Below are positions 37,350 to 47,976 of a DNA stretch of 47,976 nucleotides, in pieces. The position numbers and the translations under genes were made by a program. The notes below the pieces were generated by a model. That model did no database searches. It was given only the letters and a program-made list of their open reading frames with translations, and had not been told where the DNA came from. The stretch spans positions 1-47,976 of the forward strand of contig NW_021834419.1 in NCBI RefSeq assembly GCF_006345805.1, in the 5' to 3' direction. Source of the stretch: Octopus sinensis (taxonomy: Eukaryota). Numbering within the stretch: position 1 is the stretch's first letter; the number at the start of each line of letters is the position of its first letter.

Positions 37350-37835
37350 CCTAAATGAAGATGTTCGTTAAAGATGATGCAGAGTAAAATCTACTGAAAT
37401 CTGTTTTTGAAGGTCAAGAAGTTAAAAAATTCCGACTAAAAGAGAAAGCTGAAAATTTCATTCTTATTGACAAAAAGCTATATCTGGAAATACTAATACG
37501 ACTTCAGAAGTTTGTTATAGCTTTAACATGCAAAGAAGAAATGAAAATCATTGCTCAAAAAATCCAGGAAATAAATAATTGTGGTCATAATACTTTACAG
37601 AAAGATTTTTTGTAATCAAGCAAAAAAAACATTCGTCAAGTCGTAAGTGAGTGCAATATATGCAAGTTTGCTGTGGCACTAAAACAGTATGACGATTCGA
37701 GCCATATTGTCGCGGATTTACCTAATGAAAGGTTTCAAGTTTATTAGTTATTATTGTGAATTTTAGAATCAAAATGATCATTTTTCTTGGTTGATGTCTG
37801 TAGTAGACATATATTCAAAATATGCATTCACCATA
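37350..37835 (+). mobile_element. Gypsy/Ginger-like integrase remnant
   Basis: CGHN...IRQVVSECNIC (HHCC-like), HIVADLPNERFQ, WLMSVVDIYSKYAF (first catalytic Asp region); frameshifted. Confidence 0.65.
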
Positions 37836-38036
37836 AGTCATTAAAACATCAAAATAGGTTTAATAAAACTATAGAGTTTAACATTAACATTTAAGAGAGT
37901 TGAAGTTTAATTTTTACAGCCGAGTTTAATCTCAATTTTTAAGACCTAGACCAAGAAGTCATTAAATGTTTTAAAGGAACTTTTAACAACCTGAGGTGAC
38001 AAAATGTTTTATATTATTGACAAAATAATCGAAGCA

Positions 38037-38117
38037 GCCAGCATGGCCGAGTGGTTAAGGCGGTAGCTTAAGGTGCTATTACAGTAATGTGCGTGGGTTC
38101 GAATCCCACTGCTGGTA
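38037..38117 (+). tRNA. trnL-AAG: tRNA-Leu (anticodon AAG), long variable arm
   Basis: Acceptor GCCAGCA/TGCTGGT plus A; D-arm GCCGAGTGGTTAAGGC; anticodon stem GTAGC/GCTAT with loop TTAAGGT; T-arm GTGGG-TTCGAAT-CCCAC; T7 Pol III terminator immediately downstream. Confidence 0.95.
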
Positions 38118-38853
38118 TTTTTTCCTTTTATAAGGTTTTCAACATCAGAAAGTAAAACACGATGTCGAATCTTGATTTTGATATATACATTTATTTCCTT
38201 TTGATAATGCATTTAAAAGAAAAGGCTGTTGCTAAAACATTGTTTCAGAAATTAATGACAAAAAATCTAAAATTTTTTTTGATATTATGAAAATTTTAAT
38301 TTGAGTATTAATATGGAGGGAAAAATTTAGCATTCCTACTGAAGAACAAGCCTAGGTCGTATCAAAAAGTTCATTGCAAAATCACTTACGGCCAAAGAAC
38401 TGATTATTTTGTACTTTCTCTAAGATAATAAGGCAGGTTTATGGCTGCCTTTGCTGATTGTATTTAAAGTAAATAATTCCTTCGCATAAGCTCTGACAAT
38501 TTCGGAGCTGCAAAACTCCAAGATTAAGTTTTCAGACTATAGTAATGTTATTCGTGCTTTAGACGTAGATTTGTATCTCGATAAGTCAGCCTGTTTATTC
38601 GTGCTTTATCAATCGTACCATTGAGTAAATCAGCCGGTTTGGACTTTTTATCGATTCAGTAAATTAACACGTGTTCAGAAACTGGCTTGAGAGTTGAAAA
38701 AAATGGCTTAAATTGTGTCAGTTTAATCAAAAATTTAACAAATTTGTTCCTAAGAATAGCTTTCAATGATAAGATAAAATCTACAATTTTAGCAATAAAA
38801 AATCGTTATTTATTAATTATGAATCAACGGAAATTGATTAAATCACAATTCGA

Positions 38854-39624
38854 ATGAATGTTATACGTCCCTTTTTTACTTGGTTGAACGTAATACTTCT
38901 CTTTGTATAAAAATATGATTAATTTTTATTTTTATAGTTAATTACAGAAATTTTTGTCTATGCTGGAGCCATGGTGCTCCGGAACTATGTCAAATTGGGA
39001 AATCCGTCGATAAAAACTATTCAATATTCAGGGATTTTTTATATAATTATTGCTGTAATGATTTTTATCGGATTAATATGTGGAATTTTATCACTGAAAA
39101 CAAAAAAGCGTCCTTCTTGCAGAATAATTGTAAACTAATTTTTCCAATAAATTACTATATAGTATGTTATCATTCTTTTTTTCGTTTGTGGATTCATCTT
39201 AACTATCCTGTCCTTATTTTATTTTCACACATCTACCGTATCTTTTAATAGTTATTTCTAGTGTGTTGAAAATTTTAAACGTGTTTTTTTATGGGCCATT
39301 AAGAAATATGAAGAAACCAGTCCAGAAGTCGACTTTTGGCAAAAAACCTTCCAATGCTGCGGTGCTTATTCCCCTGACGATTATAATGGAAATATTACAT
39401 CAAGTTGTTATATTTCTGAAAATCTTTTTAAAATTAACATTTATGAAACTGTTTTCTAATTCTTAATGTATTTTAGGGATGCGTACATAAAATAATATCA
39501 CTAATCGAGGAAAATAAAATTCCATTAACGGCAGTCAGTGGGAGTATTTGTTTAGTCACGGTTTATATTTCATTATTAATATTTATAGTTTCTTGGAATA
39601 TGTTTTTCGTTTGTAAAATTTTAA
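38854..39624 (+). CDS. Tetraspanin (paralog 3), multi-exon
   Basis: MNVIRPFFTWLNVILLF...; VDFWQKTFQCCG...DY...SSC...GC; five short GT-AG introns; TAA at 39622-39624. Confidence 0.88.
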
Positions 39625-40229
39625 ATCTTATAGTTAAAATTAACTGATTTTTGATTAAATATCTGGACTATTTATTGTCTTTATTTAATTTTTGAATATT
39701 TGCTTTTTTAGTTAAGATAGTTACATGAAACTTGTCCTTTTAATCAGGCAGCAGATGTATTTAAAACCACGAGTATAAAAGACATTTTTATTATAAGAAA
39801 AGCCCAACATTCAGCAGAAAATTCCTTCGATTTAAAGAACCTTTTATTTTTATTAGAATCTGTAAAATTGAGAGCTTAGTAAGTACATCCAAACCTTTTT
39901 CTGATGACTACAAAATTTGATATCGATCCCTGAATTTTGTAAAAACGGTAGTTTAAATACAATTTATACACATGTAAATCAATGATACTTAAAAGTGCCC
40001 ATTTAACAGAAAAATATCAATGAGAATGATGAGAATGTCTGTAAATGGGGATGGTTCCATTCTGTCTAAAATATGAGTAAGAATTTTCAAAAAAATAGCT
40101 AAAAATGTTAAAAATAGATAAGACAAATCGGATGTTTAGTTTGGATTTGTTAAGTTCAAAACATGACCAATTCGAGTTACTCATGTTAAAATAGTTGAAT
40201 TTCAACAAGTTCCATTACTTAACACAAGA

Positions 40230-40720
40230 AAAAAGCAGCCTCGTCTCTACGCGGCCGAATTCACTTCTTGTCAATATTTTCCATCCTACCCTATCAAAAA
40301 CCCGGTCCTCCTCGATCCAAGACGCCTTTCGTGCCAAACTTTCTGAATATCGTCTCTTACTGAAAATTCCTCGCTGCATTCCCAAATCTCCATCTATCCA
40401 AATTCTTGTCCGCTTTTATTATCAACGCTAATTCCTCAAGCACGTGGGTACCCTGGTTTCTCCTTGTCGGCTTCGTACCCCTAGCTCTTGGAATTCCAGA
40501 CGACGACTTTGAGAAAAACGAAAACTTTCTGCTGACTTTTATTGCCCTGGAGACAAGCGACATTCTCTGAGTAAAAACCTAAGAATTTATTTCCTTGGTG
40601 GGCTTTCCAATCTCCAAAAAAAGGTGCGACCCTGTTGGAGAATGTATCTTTAGCTAATGTTCAGGGAATTGCTTGCCGATTCGCAATCCCTAAATGCCCT
40701 CGCATCTCTTCTTTGGTTTA
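40230..40720 (+). mobile_element. Possible CRE-like retrotransposon N-terminal remnant
   Basis: GC-richer intronless patch; IPRCIPKS...FLSAFIINANS..TW..W.LL.GF...ALGIP loosely resembles the CRE pre-RT region. Confidence 0.3.
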
Positions 40721-41110
40721 ATTTCTGTTAATAATTGCTAAAATTGATATACTAATCTTAATATATCTACAACACTTTTTTTTCAAATAGCTTGCTGCCA
40801 TAGCATGCGACTTTATAGTTATTTTAAATGAAAATTAGTAAATTTTTTTGAAAAACTGAACACGAATTTAATTAGTAGCAGAGGATAAGATGGAATGGCA
40901 ATTCCCACGCAAGATGCCTATTGATATGCGTTGGAAAAGCCATTTTAAATTATTATGTTAGTGTGTAATTACGTTCATAAAGTGGTTGAATAAATCATTT
41001 AGTCAAATATATTTTAGTCTTTATTTACAATAAAAAAGATTCTTGACATTATTTTTATTAATAAAGTTAGAAAGACGGACAATGACACCACAAAACCCCC
41101 CAAACAAATT

Positions 41111-42131
41111 TTAATCAGAATCAAATGGAATGTAGTCGATTATTTCCAATATTTTTAATGCAGTTGATTTATGACTCGTACACATAATGGATCTTCCTAA
41201 AATATCTATTTCTCCTCCTAAAATGATAAATACAAATAATTCAACCGTCCTTAGCACTCACTACACATGCTCCTGCTTCTTGAGCAATTACTATTGCAGC
41301 AGCAATGTCCCAAACGTGCAAGCCAAACTCGAAATATGCATCAGCCCGACCATCTGCGACATAACAAATATTTAAAGCTGATGAAAAATTCATCCTTATG
41401 CTTAAATTATGTGTTATTAAAATTAAAACCCTGCAACGTGTGGTAGCAGTTTTTGATTATTTGACATCTTTGTTTGAACAATGTGATCATTAGGCCATCC
41501 ACAATATTCAGCAATGACAAGAGATTGATTCAATTCAAAAATAATTTTCAAGTCGGGTTACCAGAAATATTTGATTTTGATATTTTTTGTCCATTTTTGA
41601 AAGCACCACGACCATTTATTGCAGTATAAAGTTCTTTGGACATTGGATTAAATACTACTCCTAAAACTGGCTAAAAGTATTTGACCTAATTTTACTTTTT
41701 TAAAAATTATAACTCCAATGGAAATTGAAAAATGTGGATATTTATGGACAAAATTAGTAGTCCCGTCAATTGGGTCGACAATCCACGTAATGGCATCTGT
41801 TAGATTACATTTTCCACAGGCATCAACAGTTTCTTCGCCTATAAATCTACGAATCGTTTATTTCTATTTCACTTGTGGTCTTTAAAACGCTCATCTGTGT
41901 TCAGCAATGTTTTTATTTGTTCTTCAATTATTCTATCTGTTTTTGTGACCACGTCATTGCCAGTTCCTTTTGATTCGACTAAAAGTTCTCCTTTCAGAGC
42001 GTTCATCATCATCTTGAAAATATCAGCTCAAACGAATTTACACTTCTCCGGCCTGCTTGGCAAGTAGGACTGCCGCGTGAAGTATCTCTTGTAAATTATC
42101 CTAAAGCTAAATGTGATAGTCAAACAGCCAT
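41111..42131 (-). CDS. IMPA: Inositol monophosphatase, multi-exon
   Basis: LAKQAGE, DVVTKTD..IE, FIGEE, TWIVDPIDGTTNFVH, GVVFNP...ELYTA..GRGAF.NG, WDIAAAIVIAQEAG; ATG 42129-42131, TAA 41111-41113; one intron lacks a canonical AG (see findings). Confidence 0.95.
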
Positions 42132-42452
42132 GCTAGACAAATAAAATTTATTCACAATTTAACATTCAAAAAATTTTGTTTATAATAATCAAAAATTAAA
42201 CTTATAAACATTTCAAAGGAAAATTAGGACAGTGTGTAAACCATTTTGAAAATTTTCAAGCTTTAAAGATCACTGGGAGGCGACTTTTTAAAACACCTCC
42301 TTTAGGGCAGATAATCCAAAGATCAAAAAATATTTTTTTATAATTAATTACAGCTTTAGTTTCAGAGAAATTCGTTAAATTATTTCATTAGCTGACCGAA
42401 CATGAATAATTTACTTAACACAAAACATATTGATTTAATACAAATTTTGAAA

Positions 42453-42571
42453 GTTCCATGCATCCAATATGCTCCTGGATTGACGAGTGAATCGTCATCA
42501 GTGTTATCACGGCAGAACCGGATGTCTTAATCGGCCACACAACAAAAATGGGGGGAGAAGATAGAGCAGAA
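42453..42571 (+). repeat. Dispersed repeat copy B
   Basis: Homologous to 16262-16387. Confidence 0.8.
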
Positions 42572-42939
42572 GTCAATGTGTTGGATTACTTTGGAGTGAA
42601 ATGGTCACGTGTTGTTAGTGTGACTACAGATGGAGCTCCTTCAATTATTGGGGAAAAAACAAGCGTTGCAACTCAATTCAAACATGTGATTTTTGGATAG
42701 TTTACTATATTTTGCACCACGAGGTACTCTGCAACAAATTATTAAAAACGGAAATGTAATAAAAGTGTTTATCGGAAAAGCAATTTTATCCGTGTCAGAG
42801 GTCTAAATCAGGGGTTCTCACCCTTTTTTAGCTCAAGGGCCAAATCGATAATTAAGATTAGCTTCGCGGGCCGCACAAAAATATTTTATATATTTTTATA
42901 TTTTCCATTTTACTAAATATTGATTCACATAAAAAACGG

Positions 42940-43331
42940 AAGGGAAATATGAATGGGAATTATATGTAAGTATCTTGGCGGACTATTTTTTGCCTTTTTT
43001 GGAGAAAACCGGAATTCGGTCTCCAATTTATCAGCAAGATAATGATCCAAAGCACACATGCAAGGTGGTTAAAGATTTTTTTAATGAACACCGAATTGAG
43101 TTATTACAATGGTTTCCTCAAAGTCCCGATTTGAATCCAATCGAGCACGTGTGGGCCTTCATGAAACATAAAATAAAAGGGACTGAATTTAAAAAAAAGA
43201 GTGACTTATTTGAGGAATTAAAAAATATTTGGAATGATCTTTCAATAGAATATGCGACATCCCTTGTTGGAACAATGCGGAACAGAATTTTAGACCCAAT
43301 TAATGCTCAGGGGGGTCATACTAAATTTTGA
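42940..43331 (+). mobile_element. Tc1 (DD34E) transposase C-terminal fragment
   Basis: QQDNDPKH...QSPDLNPIEHVW with 34 residues between D and E; ends AQGGHTKF. Confidence 0.9.
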
Positions 43332-43769
43332 ACTACCATTGTTCTCTTTTTTATTTTGTTTGAAAAAATTTGGTTTAAATACATATTAAAATCTTTGACG
43401 TTTGGATTTTTATAAAAGGCAAAAGTTAAGATTATCTTGAAATTCGATTTTTTGTTAAAAGAAATTAAGCATTATATAGAAAGAAATTGAGAAATTGGCT
43501 GTTCCGTTTTTTATTTGTATCGCTGTAAATATGTAGATTCATATATGCATTGTGTGTTATATTTTTGAATTTGTCTTGAGGAATTAATTCGTAAAAATTA
43601 ATAATGGACGCATTTTTGAACAATGCCGCCAGTTCTATATCATGTTGTAAATTAATGAGTTCTAATTGAAACTTTGCAGGCGCATCCTTAATTTCCACGC
43701 TGAATGGAGTTGCGAATATTTTCATTAAAGGAAGGAATTCTTTAGAATTCTAAAAATTAAATTTATATA

Positions 43770-45260
43770 CACCCCTCGACATAAATATTGGTGAATCTTC
43801 AACTTACTTCATTCATACAAAGAATGATTTAATTTTTTCTTCAGATATATTTCAAAATCTGATAAAATTGATAAAAATTAATTTAATTATTTAAATTTTG
43901 AAATTTTGTCTAAGAAATTTGGAAAAAACAACGACTTTCATGGCATAAAATTTGTTATTGTGAGATTAATATGTAGAATAACCTCCTTTTGCCGAATAGA
44001 TTTCCCAACACCTTTTTTTCATTGACTCAACTAATTTTCAAGTGTTTTTGATGGAATAGAATTCCAAATATCTAATAGATTTTCCTTCAGTGCTTGAATG
44101 TTCTCATTTTTTCTTTGCCTAATTTGAACCTTCATATAAGCCCACAAATGCTCTATCGGCTTTAAATCCGGAGATTGCGAAGGCCATTTTAATTTTTTAA
44201 TATTTTTTTCGCGAAAATATTGAATAATCATTTTTGATGTATGGCAGGGAGCGTTGTCTTGTTGAAAAATATAGTCAACAATCCCCATTTTTGTACAGAA
44301 AATGGCAAATTATTGGTGTCAAAATAGATTGATATTTTGCAGAATTAAGCGTTTTGTCTATAAATACCAAATCGCCTACCCCATGATAGGAAAAACACCC
44401 CAACCATGACTTTCCCTAATTTTTTATTACATCATAATTTACCTTTTCCAAATTTGACAGTTGGAGTAATATTTTCGAATTTATTCATTTCAAATTTTTT
44501 TCTATACACAATTTTTCTTTTTTGGATCGGTAATAATTCAAAAATACATTCATCAGAAAAGATTATTGATCTAAAATCATGGTCTGAAATTTGAAGAAAT
44601 TTTTGGAATCTGGAAACCATGTGTTTTTTTGTTAGAAGTGGTTTTTCTTTGCAATTCTTCCGAAAATTCTATTTTTATTTAAATTTCGTATTATGGTTCG
44701 AGACGAGACACGTGTTCCAGAAAACTTTTCTATTTCATTAGAGAGTTCAGAAGCAGTTAAAGATGAATTTTCCTCTGATGTGCGTACCAAATGATTAATT
44801 TGCACATTATTCAAAATTGATAGTCTTCCAGAACCATGTTGGCGGTCATATGATCCAGTTTTATTGTATTTCTTGATAAAATTTACGACTGTTGAATATG
44901 GAACACCGGTTTTTTTAGAAATTTTAATATATGACATATTTAAGTCGTATAGCGCAATTATTTTCCCTTTCATAAACGAATCGAGAGTATTATATCTAAA
45001 AATATTTTTTTATTAAGATCAATCTCTAAATACTAGCATAATTTGACGGTTTAAATTTTATAACCAATTTTTATGTCACTAACCTAATTGCCGACATGCT
45101 TTAAATTTCTTGCAATATTAAAATTTAAATCTATTTTAATTATAAATACAAAATAAATATTATTTTAGAAGATCTAAAGGATCTTAAAGTATGAATTTAT
45201 TCGTTTTTAAATGAAAAAAAGCAGGAAAGATTAAATAACCAAATTTTTTGTCGAGGGGTG
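43770..45260 (-). mobile_element. Full-length Tc1 (DD34E) element with frameshifted transposase (about 43966-44973)
   Basis: TA on both sides; TIR CACCCCTCGACA.AAA..TTGGT; paired-like HTH with GSGRL, FSDEC, TVKFG.G, QQDNAPCH, WPSQSPDLKPIEHLW. Confidence 0.95.
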
Positions 45261-46020
45261 TAAATGTACCCCAAAACGTGCTTCAAATTGGTTAATGAAA
45301 TCACCAATTATGGATATGTTTAACCTTAAGAATGAATAATTAAATTTAAACATTATTAAAAAATTAAAAAAGTTAGTTACTCTAGAGGGGCCGCAAAAAA
45401 AATCCTAGGGGCCACATGCGGCCCCGGGGGCCGCATTTGAGAACCGCTGGTCTAAATCACCCTCAATTCAACAATTTTCTCAGCGATATTATTTTTACTC
45501 AGATTTCCACATCATTCCGCAGTAAGGCGGTTACATCGAAGTGTAATATTGGTAGGATTTTTTGAGAAGAAATCAAACACTTTATTTTTGCAACAGCAAG
45601 ACGTAGGGTTATTGTTTATATAAGCTCTTGTGGCATTATCTAGCCCCAGAGACATCGTTCCTGCATCCACCATATTTTTTTTATAATTTACTTCTGCAGG
45701 AGGGCCCATGGGATTCATTTTCTTCTTATCAAGAAAAACGGACATGAACAGCACCACAACAACAACAAATGAATGTTATTACACAATATTTCGAATGAAT
45801 ACAAGCTTTCGCAGTGAAACTTATGTTACGGGAAACACAATTGACAAAGGGAAGCACTGAGCATTTTTCTTATTTAAAAAGTGTAATTTTCATTACATCG
45901 AATACTCGTATTGACGATTGTCTGTTCGATCTAATTCAACTGACGTCTGCATCAAAGTATCGTGTGCTTTTCGAAACTTCATAGAACGGATACTCAGTGG
46001 ATACTAAATGTGTAATGCAT

Positions 46021-46151
46021 ATACCCTTTCGGATAGGAGTATCAATTCAGACATTCTCGGTTAAAACAAGACCAGGTTGGTCTGTTTCCACGGAACATTA
46101 CATTCATTTGATGTTTCTTTGGACACTTTTTTTCTTGAGGAATGCTTCCAA
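46021..46151 (-). mobile_element. Merlin/ISXO2-like transposase N-terminal zinc-finger remnant
   Basis: GSIPQEKKCPKKHQM......RPTWSCFNREC...PIRKG pattern. Confidence 0.45.
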
Positions 46152-47976
46152 CGCCGACTTTACGACCATTTCTCTATGTGAATTTTGTATGCTAAAAATT
46201 CAATTTTTGTTCGTAATTGAAAGAATAATTAAAACGTTAAACGATCCACGTAGCTATTTTTATTACGATTACACTATTTTCATAAAAAAATCTTGCCATG
46301 TTTTATCAAAAATTACAAAGATTAAAATAATTAAAAATTATATGAAGAGGTCATCTTAATTTATCAAATTTACTTTTTTCGATCCATTTACCAGATATGC
46401 CAAGACCCTAAATATTATTTAGTATTAATAATAACTGCGAAAATACAACTGAGGACCACTGCAGTAATAAAATAAATTTGATATTTAGTCGTTCAATTTT
46501 GATACACATTCTTTATGAGTATATTCAATTCTGAATTAAAATTTGATAGAAGGTATTGTCTTTTTTAAAACAGATTAAGGGTATACAATAAAAAAATTAA
46601 CTCCTGAATCTGCACAAAAAACAAAAAAATCCAAGTTCCTGTATACTCACATAACCCACCAATAATCCATGCTTAATGTTATTCAGTATCCCAATTTGTT
46701 GTCATCAGTGAAGTCATTAAACAAGGCATTACTATAATCAAACTGACTGCTTGTTTTTAAGTCATTTATATGAGTAATTAGTAAATACTATTTGACCGCA
46801 AACTATTTTTAATGTACATAATTTTGTGGAAAATCTTCAAATTATAGAAAACTAACTTTAAACCTTAGATTTAATGAATTGTGGATTATATACTAATTTA
46901 TATTTTTTGATGCATTCTAGGAGTGAAACATTGGTCGTTCCGGGGAGAGCTAAACCGTTTTTTTGGATCGCCACTGGGATCCTCTAGAAAAACCACTTTG
47001 TCTCCGGTTTTGAAATCTTGATTCCAAAATCTTTCAAGATTGTATTTTCATTCTCAACGATGATACCACTAGTCTCGAACCTAAGTACAACAAATATTCT
47101 TGAGAATATTCTACAAAAAAGGCGTATTTTTGAGAAGTCTGCAAAAATCTTAGTGCTAAACTCTTTTTCTCACAATTTAGTGTGGAAATTGTTGATGTTC
47201 GCGAAACGACTGTGCGAAGCTATTAATCTCTAAAATTTTTTCAACTTTCTCGCCACTTGACTCGAAGGTTATCAAACTAAAATTGAAAATGCCTTAACTC
47301 ATTATCAAAGACTGTGTTTTAGAAATCTGCATATAACGAGCATTCTTTTTTTTTAATAATGAAATTTGTTTATTACGATAAAATTTATGTACGAGCATTC
47401 TTTATTTATAAATTGATCAATTTGGTCTATCATTAACTTTGATGACTAAATTCACTTTTTTATTTGCTTTTTGATTATTCGATGCTATAAATAGCCTATT
47501 TTGATAAGACTTTATCATCAAGCTTATAACTCGAAATTCAAATAGACTAAAATAAAAACATCGGAAATTATAAATGATACACGTTTTAAATCTCAATTTT
47601 TAAAATCTCTTTTTAACTCATAAATAACTTTCATAGAGGTAATTAATTTTGTACCAATTATTCACTATTGTAGATAACGCATTAAAGAAAACGTTGTGGT
47701 TTTCAGATTTATGATAAGACAATGCGCGGAAAATTTTGAAAAACCATTTACTAATGAATTACATTGGAATCAAAAGGGAACAGTTTCTGAAAGACGAAAT
47801 GATTCAAAAATTGGTAAACGAATGTGAGGTAATTTTTAAAGGTGTACATTTTATGATATATTACAGATTAAATATATTATGAAAAAAAACATTTCCGAAT
47901 ATGAAAAAATACAAAGTTTCAAACGTGATTGCTCAAAAGGCCAAGTTCCTTTGGTAATTAAGCTCAAAAAATATTT

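Larger units (their letters stand above)
42809..45449 (-). mobile_element. hAT (Buster-type) element, defective, carrying nested Tc1 sequences
   Basis: TIRs CAGGGGTTCTCA / TGAGAACCGCTG; exact 8-bp TSD GTCTAAAT at 42801-42808 and 45450-45457; subterminal GGGCCGCA motifs; transposase piece FATPFSV...P..FQLELINLQHD at 43465-43725. Confidence 0.93.
42575..45590 (+). mobile_element. Old hAT transposase remnant, split by the younger hAT at 42809-45449
   Basis: KWSRVVSVTTDGAPSIIG, ILHHEVLC and NFIRVRGLN on the left continue as HPQFNNFLSD and HSAVRRL on the right. Confidence 0.85.

Noticed and set aside
39895-39950. CTGATGA followed by a hairpin (hammerhead ribozyme or C/D snoRNA-like)
   Set aside because: No GAAA core after the stem and no stems I/III; too short for a C/D snoRNA
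46380-47976. Possible membrane-protein exons, a gypsy integrase C-terminal scrap (FKTGDKVV) and an ORF piece at the window end
   Set aside because: Could not build a consistent spliced model or find enough motifs to support a call

Overview
AT-rich eukaryotic genomic DNA, almost certainly animal (PDZ-type RapGEF, tetraspanins, TMEM126, MVB12). The genes are broken by many miniature spliceosomal introns, mostly 22-33 nt, which is why the ORF track is fragmented. This architecture recalls compacted parasitic metazoans such as dicyemids or myxozoans, but the taxon cannot be fixed from sequence alone. Hand-splicing recovers a papain-family (cathepsin L-like) protease, SEC13, CPSF3/CPSF73, three tetraspanins, RAPGEF2/6, a formin, TMEM126, MVB12, inositol monophosphatase, an orphan secreted protein and a tRNA-Leu(AAG). 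Between the gene islands lie transposon graveyards. These hold two Buster-type hAT elements with exact 8-bp TSDs, each carrying nested insertions and each inserted in an older element, plus Tc1 elements, a young 5'-truncated RTE, CRE-like and other RLE-clade retrotransposon pieces, Merlin-like and integrase remnants, and an unclassified GC-rich inverted-repeat element. The most notable signals are candidate non-canonical mini-introns (one GT-TG, up to three GC-AG in one gene), multi-level transposon nesting, and the unclassified inverted-repeat family. I found no convincing wholly new multi-gene system. Exon boundaries and family calls come from manual reading and motif recall, not from database searches.
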